Shown: positions 9,246 through 20,097 of the stretch, in pieces | How the letters are laid out: every line of letters begins with the position of its first letter | Numbering within the stretch: position 1 is the stretch's first letter | Assembly (NCBI GenBank): GCA_963663385.2 | Contig: CAXXXD010000002.1 | Coordinates: forward strand, 864,001-928,000 | Origin: Oceanispirochaeta sp. | GTDB lineage: Bacteria > Spirochaetota > Spirochaetia > DSM-2461 | DNA length: 64,000 nt | Reading direction: 5' to 3' | Notes under the pieces: generated by a model | Told to the model about the DNA's origin: nothing | Databases searched by the model: none | What the model saw: only the letters and a program-made list of their open reading frames with translations | Position numbers and translations under genes: made by a program

Positions 9246-10748
9246 ATGGAAAAGAGGGAAAATGTCCTGGAAATGCAGGGCATATCAAAATACTTCCCGG
9301 GTGTTAAGGCACTCGAGGATGTTGATTTTACTGTCAGAAAAGGGGAAATCCACGCATTAATTGGTGAAAATGGCGCCGGTAAATCAACACTGATGAAAGT
9401 ACTGCTGGGGATGTATCATCCCGATGAAGGGAACATTGTCTTTAAAGGAGAGAACGTCCGGATTAATAGTCCGCACGATGCCCTTTCAAAGGGAATCTCC
9501 ATGATTCATCAGGAACTGAGTCTTGTTCCTGAACGTACTGTCGCTGAAAACATACTGATAGGCCGGGAGCCGAAAAGCGTTATGCCCGGTTTTATGAGCT
9601 GGAAAAAATTGTTTGCCGATGCACAGGCTCTTCTTAAACAGTTGAATCTTGATTTTAATGCCACGGATTTTGTCAAAGATCTGAGTGTCGCCGGTCAGCA
9701 GATGATCGAAATCGCCAGGGCTGTCTCGTATAATGCCGAGCTGATTATAATGGACGAGCCTACATCGGCTCTTACGGATAAAGAGGTTGATATCCTTTTT
9801 CATATTATGGGAATGCTTAAATCACAGGGCATCTCTATTATCTTTATTTCCCATAAACTGGACGAAATTTTCCGGATTGCCGACAGAACCACTGTTCTGC
9901 GTGACGGCACTTTAATCGGAGTAAAGGATAACGAAAATTTTGATAAACCGGCTCTGATCTCCATGATGGTAGGCCGGGAACTGAACAATATTTTTCCCAA
10001 AGAAGAAGTTGACTTGGGAGAAGAGGTTCTGAGGGTGGAAAACTTCAGGATCGACGGTGTTTTCGAGGATATTTCCTTTGATCTGAAAAAAGGGGAAATT
10101 CTGGGATTTGCTGGTCTGATGGGATCCGGACGGACCGAAATCATGCGGGCTCTTTTCGGTGTCGACCACCTGGATGAAGGGGAAATCTACATAAAAGGCA
10201 GCAAGGTTGAAATCAGGCACCCCAAGGATGCCATCGGCTTTGGAATCGGAATGGTAACGGAAGACCGGAAGGAAGAAGGGCTCGCCCTGTTCCGTTCTGT
10301 AAAAGAGAATATCGCCATGGCCACCATGGGAGACTACTGCAAGTACGGTTTTATTCAAACCGGCAAGGAAGTTCAGACCGGTAATGAGTATAAAAAGATG
10401 CTTGCCATAAAGACTCCGCATTTGAATGTAAATACCAACTCATTGAGCGGTGGTAACCAGCAGAAAGTGGTTATAGCCAAATGGCTTAAAACCAATCCGG
10501 ATATTCTGATCCTTGATGAGCCGACCCGGGGTATCGATGTAGGGGCTAAATCTGAAATACACAAGCTGATGACCAGTTTTGTCAAACAGGGGATGTCCAT
10601 CATTATGATCTCTTCTGAAATGCCGGAAGTTCTGGGAATGAGCGACCGTATCGCTGTTATGCATGAGGGGCGGATTAGAGCCGTTCTTAACAGGGATGAA
10701 GCTACTCAGGAATCAATTATGAAACACGCCGTGGGGGAGAATGAGTAA
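9246..10748 (+). CDS. CUT2 sugar ABC transporter ATP-binding protein (RbsA/MglA-like)
   Basis: GENGAGKST, DEPT and LSGGNQQK; tandem ATPase domains. Confidence 0.95.
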   Translation: MEKRENVLEMQGISKYFPGVKALEDVDFTVRKGEIHALIGENGAGKSTLMKVLLGMYHPDEGNIVFKGENVRINSPHDALSKGISMIHQELSLVPERTVAENILIGREPKSVMPGFMSWKKLFADAQALLKQLNLDFNATDFVKDLSVAGQQMIEIARAVSYNAELIIMDEPTSALTDKEVDILFHIMGMLKSQGISIIFISHKLDEIFRIADRTTVLRDGTLIGVKDNENFDKPALISMMVGRELNNIFPKEEVDLGEEVLRVENFRIDGVFEDISFDLKKGEILGFAGLMGSGRTEIMRALFGVDHLDEGEIYIKGSKVEIRHPKDAIGFGIGMVTEDRKEEGLALFRSVKENIAMATMGDYCKYGFIQTGKEVQTGNEYKKMLAIKTPHLNVNTNSLSGGNQQKVVIAKWLKTNPDILILDEPTRGIDVGAKSEIHKLMTSFVKQGMSIIMISSEMPEVLGMSDRIAVMHEGRIRAVLNRDEATQESIMKHAVGENE

Positions 10749-11716
10749 TGACGGAAAACAGCACTATGAAATTGAAAAAACAGGTTAACTATAAAGAGCT
10801 TCTTATGAAGTATAAGATGCTCCTGATTCTGCTGGCCATGATTATAGGGATGACCATGGCCAGTAATGTCTTTTTAAGCAGCCGGAATATTTTGAATATT
10901 ATGCGTCAGATATCCATTAACGCCATCATCGCCACAGGGATGACCTTCGTCATTATTACAGGCGGTATTGATCTGAGTGTGGGGTCCATACTGGCCGTGT
11001 CCAGTGTTGTATCCGCCTATCTTGTAAAGCATCTGGGTGTACCCATACCCATTGTCATGATTATTGGTATTGTGGCAGGAGGTTTGTGCGGGCTTACCAA
11101 CGGCCTTATTATCTCCCGCTTGAATGTTCCGCCCTTTATTTCCACCCTCGCTGTCATGACAGCGGGACGCGGATTGGCCTACAGAATTGCTGATGGAAGA
11201 CCAATTGTCGACCTGAGTGAAGAGTTCCTGAAGATCGGCAGGGGGAAGTTCCTGTCTATTCCAAATCCTATCTGGTATATGATTCTTATTCTGATTCTGG
11301 GATTTATTATTCTTCAAAAGACTAAATTCGGACGTTTTGTCTATTACATAGGGGATAACGAAGAGGCTGCCAGAGTTTCAGGTATCAGTGTAAAAAGCGT
11401 GAAAACCATTGTTTATACCCTGGCGGGATTATGTGCCGGATTTGGAGGCATAATCCTCTGCTCGAGAATTAACTCAGGTCAACCCCAGGCCGGTTTGACT
11501 TACGAACTGGATGCTATTGCGGCTGTTGTAATCGGCGGAACCAGTCTGTCCGGCGGTATCGGCTCCATCGGGGGAACCATTATCGGCGCTGTCATAATCG
11601 GAATTATCTATAACGGGATGAACCTGCTTAATGTATCACCTTTTAATCAGATGATCGCCATGGGAGTGGTTATTCTGGGAGCTGTCATTCTGGATATGCA
11701 TTCAACAAAAAAATAA
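10748..11716 (+). CDS. CUT2 sugar ABC transporter permease (RbsC-like)
   Basis: GGIDLSVG and ELDAIAAVVIGGTSL; many transmembrane helices. Confidence 0.95.
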   Translation: MTENSTMKLKKQVNYKELLMKYKMLLILLAMIIGMTMASNVFLSSRNILNIMRQISINAIIATGMTFVIITGGIDLSVGSILAVSSVVSAYLVKHLGVPIPIVMIIGIVAGGLCGLTNGLIISRLNVPPFISTLAVMTAGRGLAYRIADGRPIVDLSEEFLKIGRGKFLSIPNPIWYMILILILGFIILQKTKFGRFVYYIGDNEEAARVSGISVKSVKTIVYTLAGLCAGFGGIILCSRINSGQPQAGLTYELDAIAAVVIGGTSLSGGIGSIGGTIIGAVIIGIIYNGMNLLNVSPFNQMIAMGVVILGAVILDMHSTKK

Positions 11717-11791
11717 AGTGAGGAGGAGTTTTTATTTAAAAAGACCGGATTCTTAAAAGCATTTTTTTTCAATACACTTAGGAGGATTTTT

Positions 11792-12733
11792 ATGAAAAAA
11801 ATGACATTTGTACTGTTTATGTTGGTTACTGCCTGTTCTTTTCTTATGGCTGAGGGTCAGAAAGAAGACGATGGTATTGTTACAATTGGTTTAAGTATGT
11901 CTGCTCATACACAGTTTCTGGAAAATGTAAGCGCAGCCGCCGTCAGACAGGCTGACAGAATGGATGATGTGGAAATCATTGTACTTAATGCCAACTCAGA
12001 TGTGGATAAACAGATTTCCGATGTGGATACCCTGATGGTTCAGCAGGTGGATGCGATCATCCTGAATCCACTGGACAAAATCGGTCTTGGCGGTGTGGTT
12101 GATGAAGTAATCAAAGCCGGAATTCCTCTGGTGGAAGTTAATACATTTACAGAAAACGACAGCTATAATGTTTATGTAGGGTCCAACGAAGAAGATGCCG
12201 GACGTATTCAGGGCGAATGGATTTTTGAAAATATCGGTGATAAGGGTAATGTCTGTATCCTCTACGGAGAGATGGGACATTCCGGTCAGATCGGAAGATT
12301 CGAAGGCTTGAAAAAAGAACTCCTGGACAAGAACCCCGGTTGGAGTATCCTGGCTGACCAGACAGGTGAATGGAAAAGAGATGAAGGTCTCAGGATTACA
12401 GAAGACTGGCTGCAGAGATTTGACAACATAGACGTAATTGCCGCTCAGAATGACGAAATGGCCATGGGAGCTCTTCAGGCTGTTCAGGAAGCCGGAATGG
12501 ATATCCCTGTGGTAGGTGTTGATGCCACTCCCGATGCGATCGAATCTGTTATCAAAGGTGAACTCTCCCTTACCGTTTTTCAGGATTCCGAAGGACAGGG
12601 TGCCTCTGCTGTAAAGGTTGCTTACGGTCTTGTAAACGGCGAATCCTTCAAGAAGTTTGAAGAAGTTCCTTATCAGGAAGTTAACCAGGCTAATGCAGCA
12701 GATTTCAAAAAAATGCTGGAATCCTGGAAATAA
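11792..12733 (+). CDS. Sugar ABC substrate-binding protein (RbsB-like), probably inositol
   Basis: Signal peptide; NDEMAMGA and VGVD PBP1 motifs. Confidence 0.9.
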   Translation: MKKMTFVLFMLVTACSFLMAEGQKEDDGIVTIGLSMSAHTQFLENVSAAAVRQADRMDDVEIIVLNANSDVDKQISDVDTLMVQQVDAIILNPLDKIGLGGVVDEVIKAGIPLVEVNTFTENDSYNVYVGSNEEDAGRIQGEWIFENIGDKGNVCILYGEMGHSGQIGRFEGLKKELLDKNPGWSILADQTGEWKRDEGLRITEDWLQRFDNIDVIAAQNDEMAMGALQAVQEAGMDIPVVGVDATPDAIESVIKGELSLTVFQDSEGQGASAVKVAYGLVNGESFKKFEEVPYQEVNQANAADFKKMLESWK

Positions 12734-12741
12734 ATAAAACT

Positions 12742-12770
12742 GGCAGCAGGCACTAATCAAGTCTGCTGCC
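12742..12770 (+). other. Intra-operon hairpin after the binding-protein gene
   Basis: GGCAGCAGGC...GTCTGCTGCC stem with no U-tract; probable mRNA stabiliser. Confidence 0.5.
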
Positions 12771-12788
12771 TGAATAAAGGGTATCACA

Positions 12789-13808
12789 ATGAATAAAACA
12801 GTAAAAATAGGAATTATCGGTTTAGGACGTCTCGGTTATGAACATGCAAAAAACATCTATTATAATATCCCGTCCGCCGAATTGTACGCCGTATGCAGCG
12901 TGGTAGATAAAGAACTGGAAAGGGCAAAAACAGATTTTAATCCGCAGGTTATAACAAAAGATTATAACGAACTTTTCAGTATGAAAGAACTTGATGCCAT
13001 AGTTGTTGCGACCAATTCCGGTACTCACTGTGAGCTGGTTTGTGCGGCTGCCAACAGCGGGGTTAAAAATATTTATACTGAAAAACCAATTGGTATGTCG
13101 TTATACGAAATAAATCAGATGAAGGCTGCTGTAGAAGCTCATGATGATATCCTTCTGCAGGTTGGGTACAACCACAGGTTTGATAAGAACCTGATGGAAG
13201 CTCATAAAAAAGTCAGTGAAGGTTTTATCGGAAAACCTATTCTTATTCGTCTGGAATCACGGGATCAGGCCGGTATTGAAGAGTTTATAGTCAAGTTCAG
13301 CCCTTCAAGCGGCGGATTTATTGCGGACATGATGACCCATGACTATGATACAGCCCGCTGGTTTACCGGATCAGAAGCGGAAACTATCTACGGAGTAGGG
13401 GATGTTTATGCTTATGAAGGCCTGAAAGCCTGTAATGATATGGATAATACAGCCATTCTGATGAAATTCAAAAACGGTGTAATGGTTATGCTGACAGCCA
13501 GCCGTAACAGCGCTTACGGGTATCATGCACCCATGGAAATCTTCGGAACTGAGGGGGCAATAAAAATAGGTGATTACTCATACCAGAACAAAAATACCTT
13601 TATGAATAAAGAAGGCGTTATACGCAACTGCAGTGAATGGTTCTTTGAATACTGGCAGGACACCTACCTGGCAGAAATGGAAGACTTTGTCCGCTGCGTG
13701 AAAGAGGGCGGAACACCGAAGGTTACTCTCGATGACGGTTATAAAGCTGTTGAATGGGCTCTGCAGGCTGATGAAGCCGTCAGAGGCGGAAAGATTGTAA
13801 AGCTGTAG
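12789..13808 (+). CDS. iolG: Gfo/Idh/MocA oxidoreductase, probable inositol 2-dehydrogenase
   Basis: GLGRLG, EKP, GYNHRFD and DMMTHDYD motifs. Confidence 0.8.
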   Translation: MNKTVKIGIIGLGRLGYEHAKNIYYNIPSAELYAVCSVVDKELERAKTDFNPQVITKDYNELFSMKELDAIVVATNSGTHCELVCAAANSGVKNIYTEKPIGMSLYEINQMKAAVEAHDDILLQVGYNHRFDKNLMEAHKKVSEGFIGKPILIRLESRDQAGIEEFIVKFSPSSGGFIADMMTHDYDTARWFTGSEAETIYGVGDVYAYEGLKACNDMDNTAILMKFKNGVMVMLTASRNSAYGYHAPMEIFGTEGAIKIGDYSYQNKNTFMNKEGVIRNCSEWFFEYWQDTYLAEMEDFVRCVKEGGTPKVTLDDGYKAVEWALQADEAVRGGKIVKL

Positions 13809-13819
13809 GGTGAACTGAA

Positions 13820-15325
13820 ATGAAACACTCCAGAGAACTGTTGAATATTGTTCTGAACCTTCCCCGTAAAGCACAGGATATCCGGTACGAGGGGCGACAA
13901 TCTCAGATTTATGAATTGTATGAACACTCCTTCAGGATTACAGATGGCGTACTGTTTTATGCTGTAAGGTTTCAATGGAAGGACTACCTTATTTTATCAT
14001 CAGACAGAGTCATTCCCTGGGAATTCGATGGTGTCGGCCGGGAATCCCCGGGGCAGGCCTGCCTGGTTTGTGAAGAGACCGGTTGGAACTGCAACCTCCT
14101 GATTGAAATATTTCCTGACCTTGAGCCTTCCCCCATTGGAAAACGCCGATCAACATTCGGTGTAGGGGACCGGTTGGGTACAGCATCAGTAGGGCATTTG
14201 AGTGCTTTTTCCTGTTATCCAGGATTTGTACCGATTCTGGCCCAGCAGTCCCTGAGGGAACTGGAGCTGACCGGACGAACTTACCGGGATGTCATTGATG
14301 CGGCTGTCTGGGGTGTTTTCAAGACAGGATACAGGGGACCCTGGGGGGCTGATGGGGATCACCTGAAAAATATCGAGTCCGTGCAATCCGCCCTGAAGCA
14401 GGGCTGCACCATGATAACAGCCGATCTGTCTGATTATATGAGAACGGATGTGGATCTGCTGAGTGATGATCAGATACTATGTGAATACGGTAAAATTGAT
14501 GATTCCTATAGAAAACAGGTAGAAGCCGATTACCTGCCCGTCTCTTCTCTGGAATCTTCCCTTCCTCTCAATTTTACAGAAAAAGGTTTGGCAAAACTAG
14601 TTCTGATATACAAAAATGCCATAGATTTCGCCGTCACTCTATATGAGGCAGGCAGGGAAATCCTCAGGGATTTTGATTTTGAAATCTCCATTGATGAAAC
14701 AACTGTTGCTACCTCCATCGAGGCTCACTATTTTATAGCAAAGGAACTGCAGAATAGAAAAATCCCTTTTACAGGAGTCGCCCCCCGTTATGTGGGAGAG
14801 TTTCAGAAAGGAATTGATTATATGGGTGATCTTGAAGCTTTTTCAGATCACTTTGCCCAGCATGCGGAGCTCGCCTCCCGGATGGGGCATAAAATATCGG
14901 TCCATTCTTCAAGTGACAAGTTTTCTGCTTATCCGATTATCAAGCAGCAGAAGCAGGGGGCCTGTCATCTGAAAACATCAGGAACAAACTGGCTAGTGGC
15001 CCTGCAGGTTATTGCCTGCGCCGATCCGGATCTGTTCCGCCGTCTGTTCAATAAGGCGTATGATGTATATGAAACAGCAAAAACGTATTACCATATTACT
15101 CCGGACTGGTCCATCCGCAGCAATATGGATTCTCTTTCCGATGTGGATATGGTGTCTGTGTTTAAAAATAATACGGACAGACAGGTAATGCATGTATCCT
15201 ACGGCGAAATGAAAAAAGATTCAGACTTATGGAACAGTCTCCAGTCAGTACTGGAAAGGAATCTGCCTCTATACCACCTGATGCTGGAGCAGCATATCGG
15301 GCGGCATCTGGATCTGCTTAGTTAA
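13820..15325 (+). CDS. uxaE: Tagaturonate/fructuronate epimerase
   Basis: FGVGDRLG, AQQSLREL, GADGDHLK, EISIDET, HSSSDKFS and HLKTSGT motifs. Confidence 0.9.
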   Translation: MKHSRELLNIVLNLPRKAQDIRYEGRQSQIYELYEHSFRITDGVLFYAVRFQWKDYLILSSDRVIPWEFDGVGRESPGQACLVCEETGWNCNLLIEIFPDLEPSPIGKRRSTFGVGDRLGTASVGHLSAFSCYPGFVPILAQQSLRELELTGRTYRDVIDAAVWGVFKTGYRGPWGADGDHLKNIESVQSALKQGCTMITADLSDYMRTDVDLLSDDQILCEYGKIDDSYRKQVEADYLPVSSLESSLPLNFTEKGLAKLVLIYKNAIDFAVTLYEAGREILRDFDFEISIDETTVATSIEAHYFIAKELQNRKIPFTGVAPRYVGEFQKGIDYMGDLEAFSDHFAQHAELASRMGHKISVHSSSDKFSAYPIIKQQKQGACHLKTSGTNWLVALQVIACADPDLFRRLFNKAYDVYETAKTYYHITPDWSIRSNMDSLSDVDMVSVFKNNTDRQVMHVSYGEMKKDSDLWNSLQSVLERNLPLYHLMLEQHIGRHLDLLS

Positions 15326-15396
15326 TACAGTTTTTTTAGATATGGCCGGGTCCCTCCAATTCCCCATATTCTCCCGGTCGTATCATTTTATTAATT

Positions 15397-15427
15397 AAAA
15401 AAGGGCTGCTCCCTTATGGAACAGCCC
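15397..15427 (-). terminator. Rho-independent terminator
   Basis: GGGCTG...CAGCCC stem followed by a T-tract on the minus strand, downstream of the FMN-binding gene. Confidence 0.65.
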
Positions 15428-15462
15428 CAATTCTTCTTATGTCTGATTATATCTGAAACAGA

Positions 15463-16248
15463 TTATCTTTTCGCGCCGGCCAATGCTTTATTCAGCAGGG
15501 TAAAGAAAGGATCCAGACCGATGGACGCGCCGGAAATGGCATCGGGCTGAACTGCACTCTGGGAGCTGAGAACCCTGTCTTCCACCGCACGGGCCTGTTC
15601 CCACCAGGGGGCCATGGCGCCGCCGTTTGCAACCATACCGTACTCACCGTCCATGGATCTCTGTGCCTTGCTTTTTCCACCGTCTTCGGCCAGACCATCC
15701 CAGTTGACTGCAACGATATAACCGGAAGTCACTGTTACATCAACAGCGTATTTGTAGCCGTGGTCAAAGGCGGCTTCTTCCGCATGATAGGTTCCGTCCT
15801 TGTAGGGGCCGTAACCGACTGGACCGGCTGCGAGAGCTTTTTTCACAAGGTCGACGAAGGGGAGGACCTTGATTGTCGCTCCCGAAACAGCATCGGTGTG
15901 TCCATCGGAATCGCTAATGGTTATAGCCGAAATATCCTGTTTTTTTATCAGTTCCTTTTCTACAGCCTCTGCCTGTTTCCACCAGGGCGCCATGGCTCCG
16001 CCTTTGGCTTCCATGCCGTACTGACCGTTGCGGGAAAGAGTCTCTTTTGTGTGACCGGCATTAATATTGGAGCCGTTCCATGACACATCTTTTATTTTAC
16101 CGTTTTTCACAACAATTGTGACATTATATTTCCAGCCTGATTTGGGAAACTGATCTTCCTGAGCAAAGTACACCCCATCCCGGTAGGAAGCGGCAGATAC
16201 TGAAAAAGCCATTATCATCATGGCAAAAAGCAATACAGTTTTTTTCAT
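15463..16248 (-). CDS. Secreted protein with two tandem FMN-binding (flavinylation) domains
   Basis: Signal peptide; internal duplication (Y[RK]DG.Y...YGM...GGAMAPWW.QA.AVE) ending in DAVSGAT and DAISGAS. Confidence 0.88.
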   Translation of the reverse strand: MKKTVLLFAMMIMAFSVSAASYRDGVYFAQEDQFPKSGWKYNVTIVVKNGKIKDVSWNGSNINAGHTKETLSRNGQYGMEAKGGAMAPWWKQAEAVEKELIKKQDISAITISDSDGHTDAVSGATIKVLPFVDLVKKALAAGPVGYGPYKDGTYHAEEAAFDHGYKYAVDVTVTSGYIVAVNWDGLAEDGGKSKAQRSMDGEYGMVANGGAMAPWWEQARAVEDRVLSSQSAVQPDAISGASIGLDPFFTLLNKALAGAKR

Positions 16249-16383
16249 TGATTCTCTCCTCTCCTATTAATTCTTAGTACATGAAGTCCGTTCATGTCAA
16301 AATTAAATAAATAAATAATACTATATCTGTAATATATAATGGCCTAATCAAATGATCAATAAAAATATATGGATTGCTGTAAA

Positions 16384-17058
16384 TCATTTTCTTTCGGGCT
16401 GCTGTAGTATCCCGTTCAGGAACTCCAGCTCGAAGGCTACACTTCTCCGGAATGCTGTGGACATCTTCTTCTGCATCCGGATTTCTGAACGGTTAGCCAG
16501 AGTTTCGACCAACCGGATAAACCGGTTCGTATAGGAACGGAATATTTCTCCGGCATAAGCGTCCATCCAGTCCTGATAGGGATTTCCTTGAGTACTCAGT
16601 CTGAGGGTCTCCAGTCCCGCCTGCAGGTAGACCCAGTAACAGGGCAGAAGGGCCGCCGCAGACTCTTCGTAACTATTCTTTCGGGCGGTCTGAACCAGAA
16701 AACTACCATACTCCCTGCAGGCCCTGTTGGGGGGAATCCTTTCTGAGGCTGTTTTTTCCCTGCCAAGCTGTTTGAGAAGATCCGTTTCGAACTCGATGCC
16801 TTTGGTCGCCAGTTCATGAAAAAAGGATTTTTCACCGGGGGAGGGCGCTTTTTCCGCCGTAAGGGCCAGAGCTCTGGCATCCTCTTTAAGGTAGTGTGTA
16901 TCCTGTTCCAGATAGCAGATAAAAGCACGGCGGGAGAGTGACCCCTCTGCCATCTGCCTGTGAAAGGGGTGATGAACAATTCCTGAATATATGTCTTCAC
17001 ACTCTTTCATCAGGGAAGCCGTATAGGAGCCGCAGGGGGGAATATCCGTATTTTCCAT
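16384..17058 (-). CDS. tenA: Thiaminase II / aminopyrimidine aminohydrolase
   Basis: HPF, YLEQDTHYL, LLPCYWVY (catalytic Cys) and NPYQDWMDAY. Start set at ATG 17058. Confidence 0.88.
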   Translation of the reverse strand: MENTDIPPCGSYTASLMKECEDIYSGIVHHPFHRQMAEGSLSRRAFICYLEQDTHYLKEDARALALTAEKAPSPGEKSFFHELATKGIEFETDLLKQLGREKTASERIPPNRACREYGSFLVQTARKNSYEESAAALLPCYWVYLQAGLETLRLSTQGNPYQDWMDAYAGEIFRSYTNRFIRLVETLANRSEIRMQKKMSTAFRRSVAFELEFLNGILQQPERK

Positions 17059-17066
17059 TTTATTTC

Positions 17067-18512
17067 CTATCGCCATATCTCATGAAAATGATGAACCGGC
17101 CCATGCCCGTGTCCAATGGTGTAGCGGCTCCCTTTCTCAATGGCGCCGGTCAGATAACTTTTGGCAGATCGAACAGCCTCTCCTGTAGGAACACCCCGGG
17201 CAAGGTAGGAGGCTACCGCAGAGGACAGGGTACAGCCTGTCCCGTGGGTATTTTTTGTATCCAGCCTGTCCGAGGGAAGCTCCGTAAAACACCCGCTCTC
17301 TGTATCATAATAACAGTCCACAAGTTCCCTTTCCCTGAGGTGTCCGGCTTTAAGCAGTACCGCAGGACAGCCCAGATCCGTTAAATCCCGGGCCGCCTGA
17401 GGGAGATCGCATTGACAGGGGAGGGACCGGCCCAGAAGGATTTCCGCCTCGGGAATATTGGGCGTGATGAGGCTGGCCTTGGGGATCAGAACTTCTTTCA
17501 GGGTTTCAACAGCATCCGGCTGCAGCAGGAGGTCCCCCGAGGTGGCAACCATAACGGGGTCGAGTACGATCTTTTTGATCCCGTATTCCTCCAGAAGTTT
17601 AGTAATCGAAAGGATCAGCTCGGAGGAGTGGAGCATCCCGATTTTTACCGCATCCGTGCCTATGTCATCCAGAACCGATCTGATCTGCGCTTCCAGTATC
17701 TCCAGTGGGATCGGGTGAATTCCCCGGACCCCCATGGTATTCTGCGCCGTTACAGCTGTAATGGCGGACATCCCGTAGCAGCCAAGGGCGGAGAACGTCT
17801 TAAGATCCGCCTGAATCCCGGCGCCTCCGCTGCTGTCCGAACCGGCAATGGACAATACCCGGCTGTACCTTCTCCCTGTTTTGGCGGAAGATACGGTTTC
17901 CGCCAGTTCGGAACTTGCCAGACAGGGATCATCGGCAGAACAGATGGCCGAAACAACTGCTACGCCATCTGCTCCCGCACGGATTATCTCTCCGGCATTT
18001 TCCTTATGGATCCCTCCGATCCCGACGGAGGGAAAACGGGACCGGCTGACAATCTCTCTGACTCCCGAGAGCCCCAGTCCCCTGGTGAGTTCCTTTTTTG
18101 TCGGAGTAACATGGACGGGGCTTATCCCGATATAGTCAATATCCAGGGCGTTCGCTTTCTCCGCATCCTCTCCCGACTCTACCGAGAGGCCTATAATGGC
18201 ATCCGGCCCCATCAGGCGGCGGATTTCTTCCACGGGCATATCCCTTTGACCGACGTGGACACCGTCCGCACCGGATGCCAGGGCAATATCCATTCTGTCG
18301 TTGATTATCAGGGGGATTCCCCTGGGAGCAAGGAGGGCTTTCAGTTCCCTGGCCAGCTGCAGAAAATCCTGTGTGGAGGCGTCCTTCTCCCTCAGCTGAA
18401 CCATGGAAACACCGCCTTCGGCGGCCTGCCGGACAATTTCTGTTATCTGCCGGTTCCGGGAGAGGCTGCGGTCCGTTACCAGATAGAGGCTCGGATCAAA
18501 TGATTTTCTCAT
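17067..18512 (-). CDS. thiE/thiD: Bifunctional thiamine-phosphate synthase (N-terminal ThiE) / HMP(-P) kinase (C-terminal ThiD)
   Basis: VQLREK, INDR and HVGQ.D, followed by [21 protein letters not shown] and HGTGCT. Confidence 0.95.
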   Translation of the reverse strand: MRKSFDPSLYLVTDRSLSRNRQITEIVRQAAEGGVSMVQLREKDASTQDFLQLARELKALLAPRGIPLIINDRMDIALASGADGVHVGQRDMPVEEIRRLMGPDAIIGLSVESGEDAEKANALDIDYIGISPVHVTPTKKELTRGLGLSGVREIVSRSRFPSVGIGGIHKENAGEIIRAGADGVAVVSAICSADDPCLASSELAETVSSAKTGRRYSRVLSIAGSDSSGGAGIQADLKTFSALGCYGMSAITAVTAQNTMGVRGIHPIPLEILEAQIRSVLDDIGTDAVKIGMLHSSELILSITKLLEEYGIKKIVLDPVMVATSGDLLLQPDAVETLKEVLIPKASLITPNIPEAEILLGRSLPCQCDLPQAARDLTDLGCPAVLLKAGHLRERELVDCYYDTESGCFTELPSDRLDTKNTHGTGCTLSSAVASYLARGVPTGEAVRSAKSYLTGAIEKGSRYTIGHGHGPVHHFHEIWR

Positions 18513-19303
18513 ACTCCGGCTCTCAGTCTGCTGCTGATATCAGAGTCGCTTAAGTTGTAAAGGGCATCCAGAAAGGACAGCTGCAGACTCCCCGGTCCCT
18601 CAGCTCTCTCTGCGGCTATTTCTCCGGCGATACCCATGACAGCCATGGCGCTGAAGGCTCCGTACAGGGGATCAGGATCTACTGCGGCAAAGGCGCCTGT
18701 CAGGGCGCTGGCGGTACAGCCCATCCCGGTAACACGGGCCATCAGGGGAGAACCGTTACGGATGCTCAGGGTTTCGTTTCCATTTGTTATGTAATCCGTC
18801 TCACCGCTTATACAGATGGTACACCCCCATTCCAGGGCCAGTTCCTTTGCTGTCTCCAGGGCTTCAGAAGAAGCGGCGGAGCTGTCAACGCCCCTGGTTT
18901 TTACCGCTTCATTCCGCAGGGACAGAATTTCCGAGGCATTCCCCCGGATGATAGCGGGAGCCGCTGTTTCTACAAGTTCCCTGACGGTCTGAGTCCGGAA
19001 GGGGGTGGTGCCGGCACCCACCGGGTCCAGGACGATAGGCTTTTTCAATTTCGCCGCACAGGCCATGGCTTTTTTCATAGCCTGTATCCATGAAAAGCTC
19101 AGTGTTCCGATATTGATAACCAGGGAGGAATCTATTCTGACAAAATCCTCCATCTCCTCGGGAGCATGGGCCATAACGGGAGAAGCTCCGATGGCAAGAA
19201 GGGCATTGGCCGTATTATTCATAACCACATAATTGGTGATATTGTGCACCAGGGGAGCTGACTCCCTGACATTTTTTATATTTTCCAGAACCTTATTTTT
19301 CAT
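18509..19303 (-). CDS. thiM: Hydroxyethylthiazole kinase
   Basis: HNITNYV, NIGT, LDPVG, RGNASEI and TGMGC. Start set at ATG 19303. Confidence 0.95.
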   Translation of the reverse strand: MKNKVLENIKNVRESAPLVHNITNYVVMNNTANALLAIGASPVMAHAPEEMEDFVRIDSSLVINIGTLSFSWIQAMKKAMACAAKLKKPIVLDPVGAGTTPFRTQTVRELVETAAPAIIRGNASEILSLRNEAVKTRGVDSSAASSEALETAKELALEWGCTICISGETDYITNGNETLSIRNGSPLMARVTGMGCTASALTGAFAAVDPDPLYGAFSAMAVMGIAGEIAAERAEGPGSLQLSFLDALYNLSDSDISSRLRAGV

Positions 19304-20009
19304 TCTTTCCACCCTTCTTCTGTGCACAGATCGCCACGTAGTCCCCTTTCCCGTATCCCGGAATCGGTTCCTCTATCTCCCTGTTGGAGTGGGTCGGGTG
19401 GCAGGTCAGGGTCTGGGCATAGCTGAGATTTTCAAATCCGGCTTCTTCGAGGATTTCCACCTTTTCTCCGGTGGTCCGCCAGTTTGCCTCTTTAACGAAT
19501 TCAATAGGGTAGGGATCGGGGGGAAGGGCACCCTCCAGAAGAGGGTGGTCCCAGGTCCCGAGGGTTTTTGCCAGGTTGTAGATAAGGCCGTAGGAACTCT
19601 CTTTGGGGACATCAAGCATAACGACTCTTCCCCCCTCCTTCAGAGCACAGAAGGTTTTCCGGGCGGCTTTTTTAAGGTCTGTTATATAGCCGGGAGATCC
19701 GTTGAACAGGATGGTATCCCACTCGTTCCGGCCGAAATCAGCCTGCTCTGCCGTATCGGTCCTGACAGTCATGCCTCTTTTACGGGCAATCTCCGCCATC
19801 CCTTCGGACGGCTCTATCCCGTGAGAGATCTCAATGTTGTAATCCTGTTTCAGGATGGATTCAAACAGGCCGCTGCCGCATCCCACAGAGAGCGTCTTAC
19901 CGCAGTCCTCAAGAAAATGGGCCGCCAGTCTGACCTCGGATTCGAGCATGTTCCGGTTGTTCAGAAACCAGCTGTCATACTCACTTGCATGTTCATCGAA
20001 TGTTGCCAT
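19293..20009 (-). CDS. Class I SAM-dependent methyltransferase
   Basis: [12 protein letters not shown], motif I LSVGCGSG and GIEPS; GAGG RBS; overlaps the thiM start. Confidence 0.9.
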   Translation of the reverse strand: MATFDEHASEYDSWFLNNRNMLESEVRLAAHFLEDCGKTLSVGCGSGLFESILKQDYNIEISHGIEPSEGMAEIARKRGMTVRTDTAEQADFGRNEWDTILFNGSPGYITDLKKAARKTFCALKEGGRVVMLDVPKESSYGLIYNLAKTLGTWDHPLLEGALPPDPYPIEFVKEANWRTTGEKVEILEEAGFENLSYAQTLTCHPTHSNREIEEPIPGYGKGDYVAICAQKKGGKNEK

Positions 20010-20097
20010 AAATTGTTCCTCACTTCTTCGAAGTGAAATACAGCAGAAAAGAAAGGGAATTTGAAACGGGTAAATTTCAAGATAGGTATTTCTTCAC

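Noticed and set aside
17412..20036. Plus-strand ORFs 17412-18503 and 19233-20036
   Set aside because: They are antisense to thiE/thiD and the methyltransferase.
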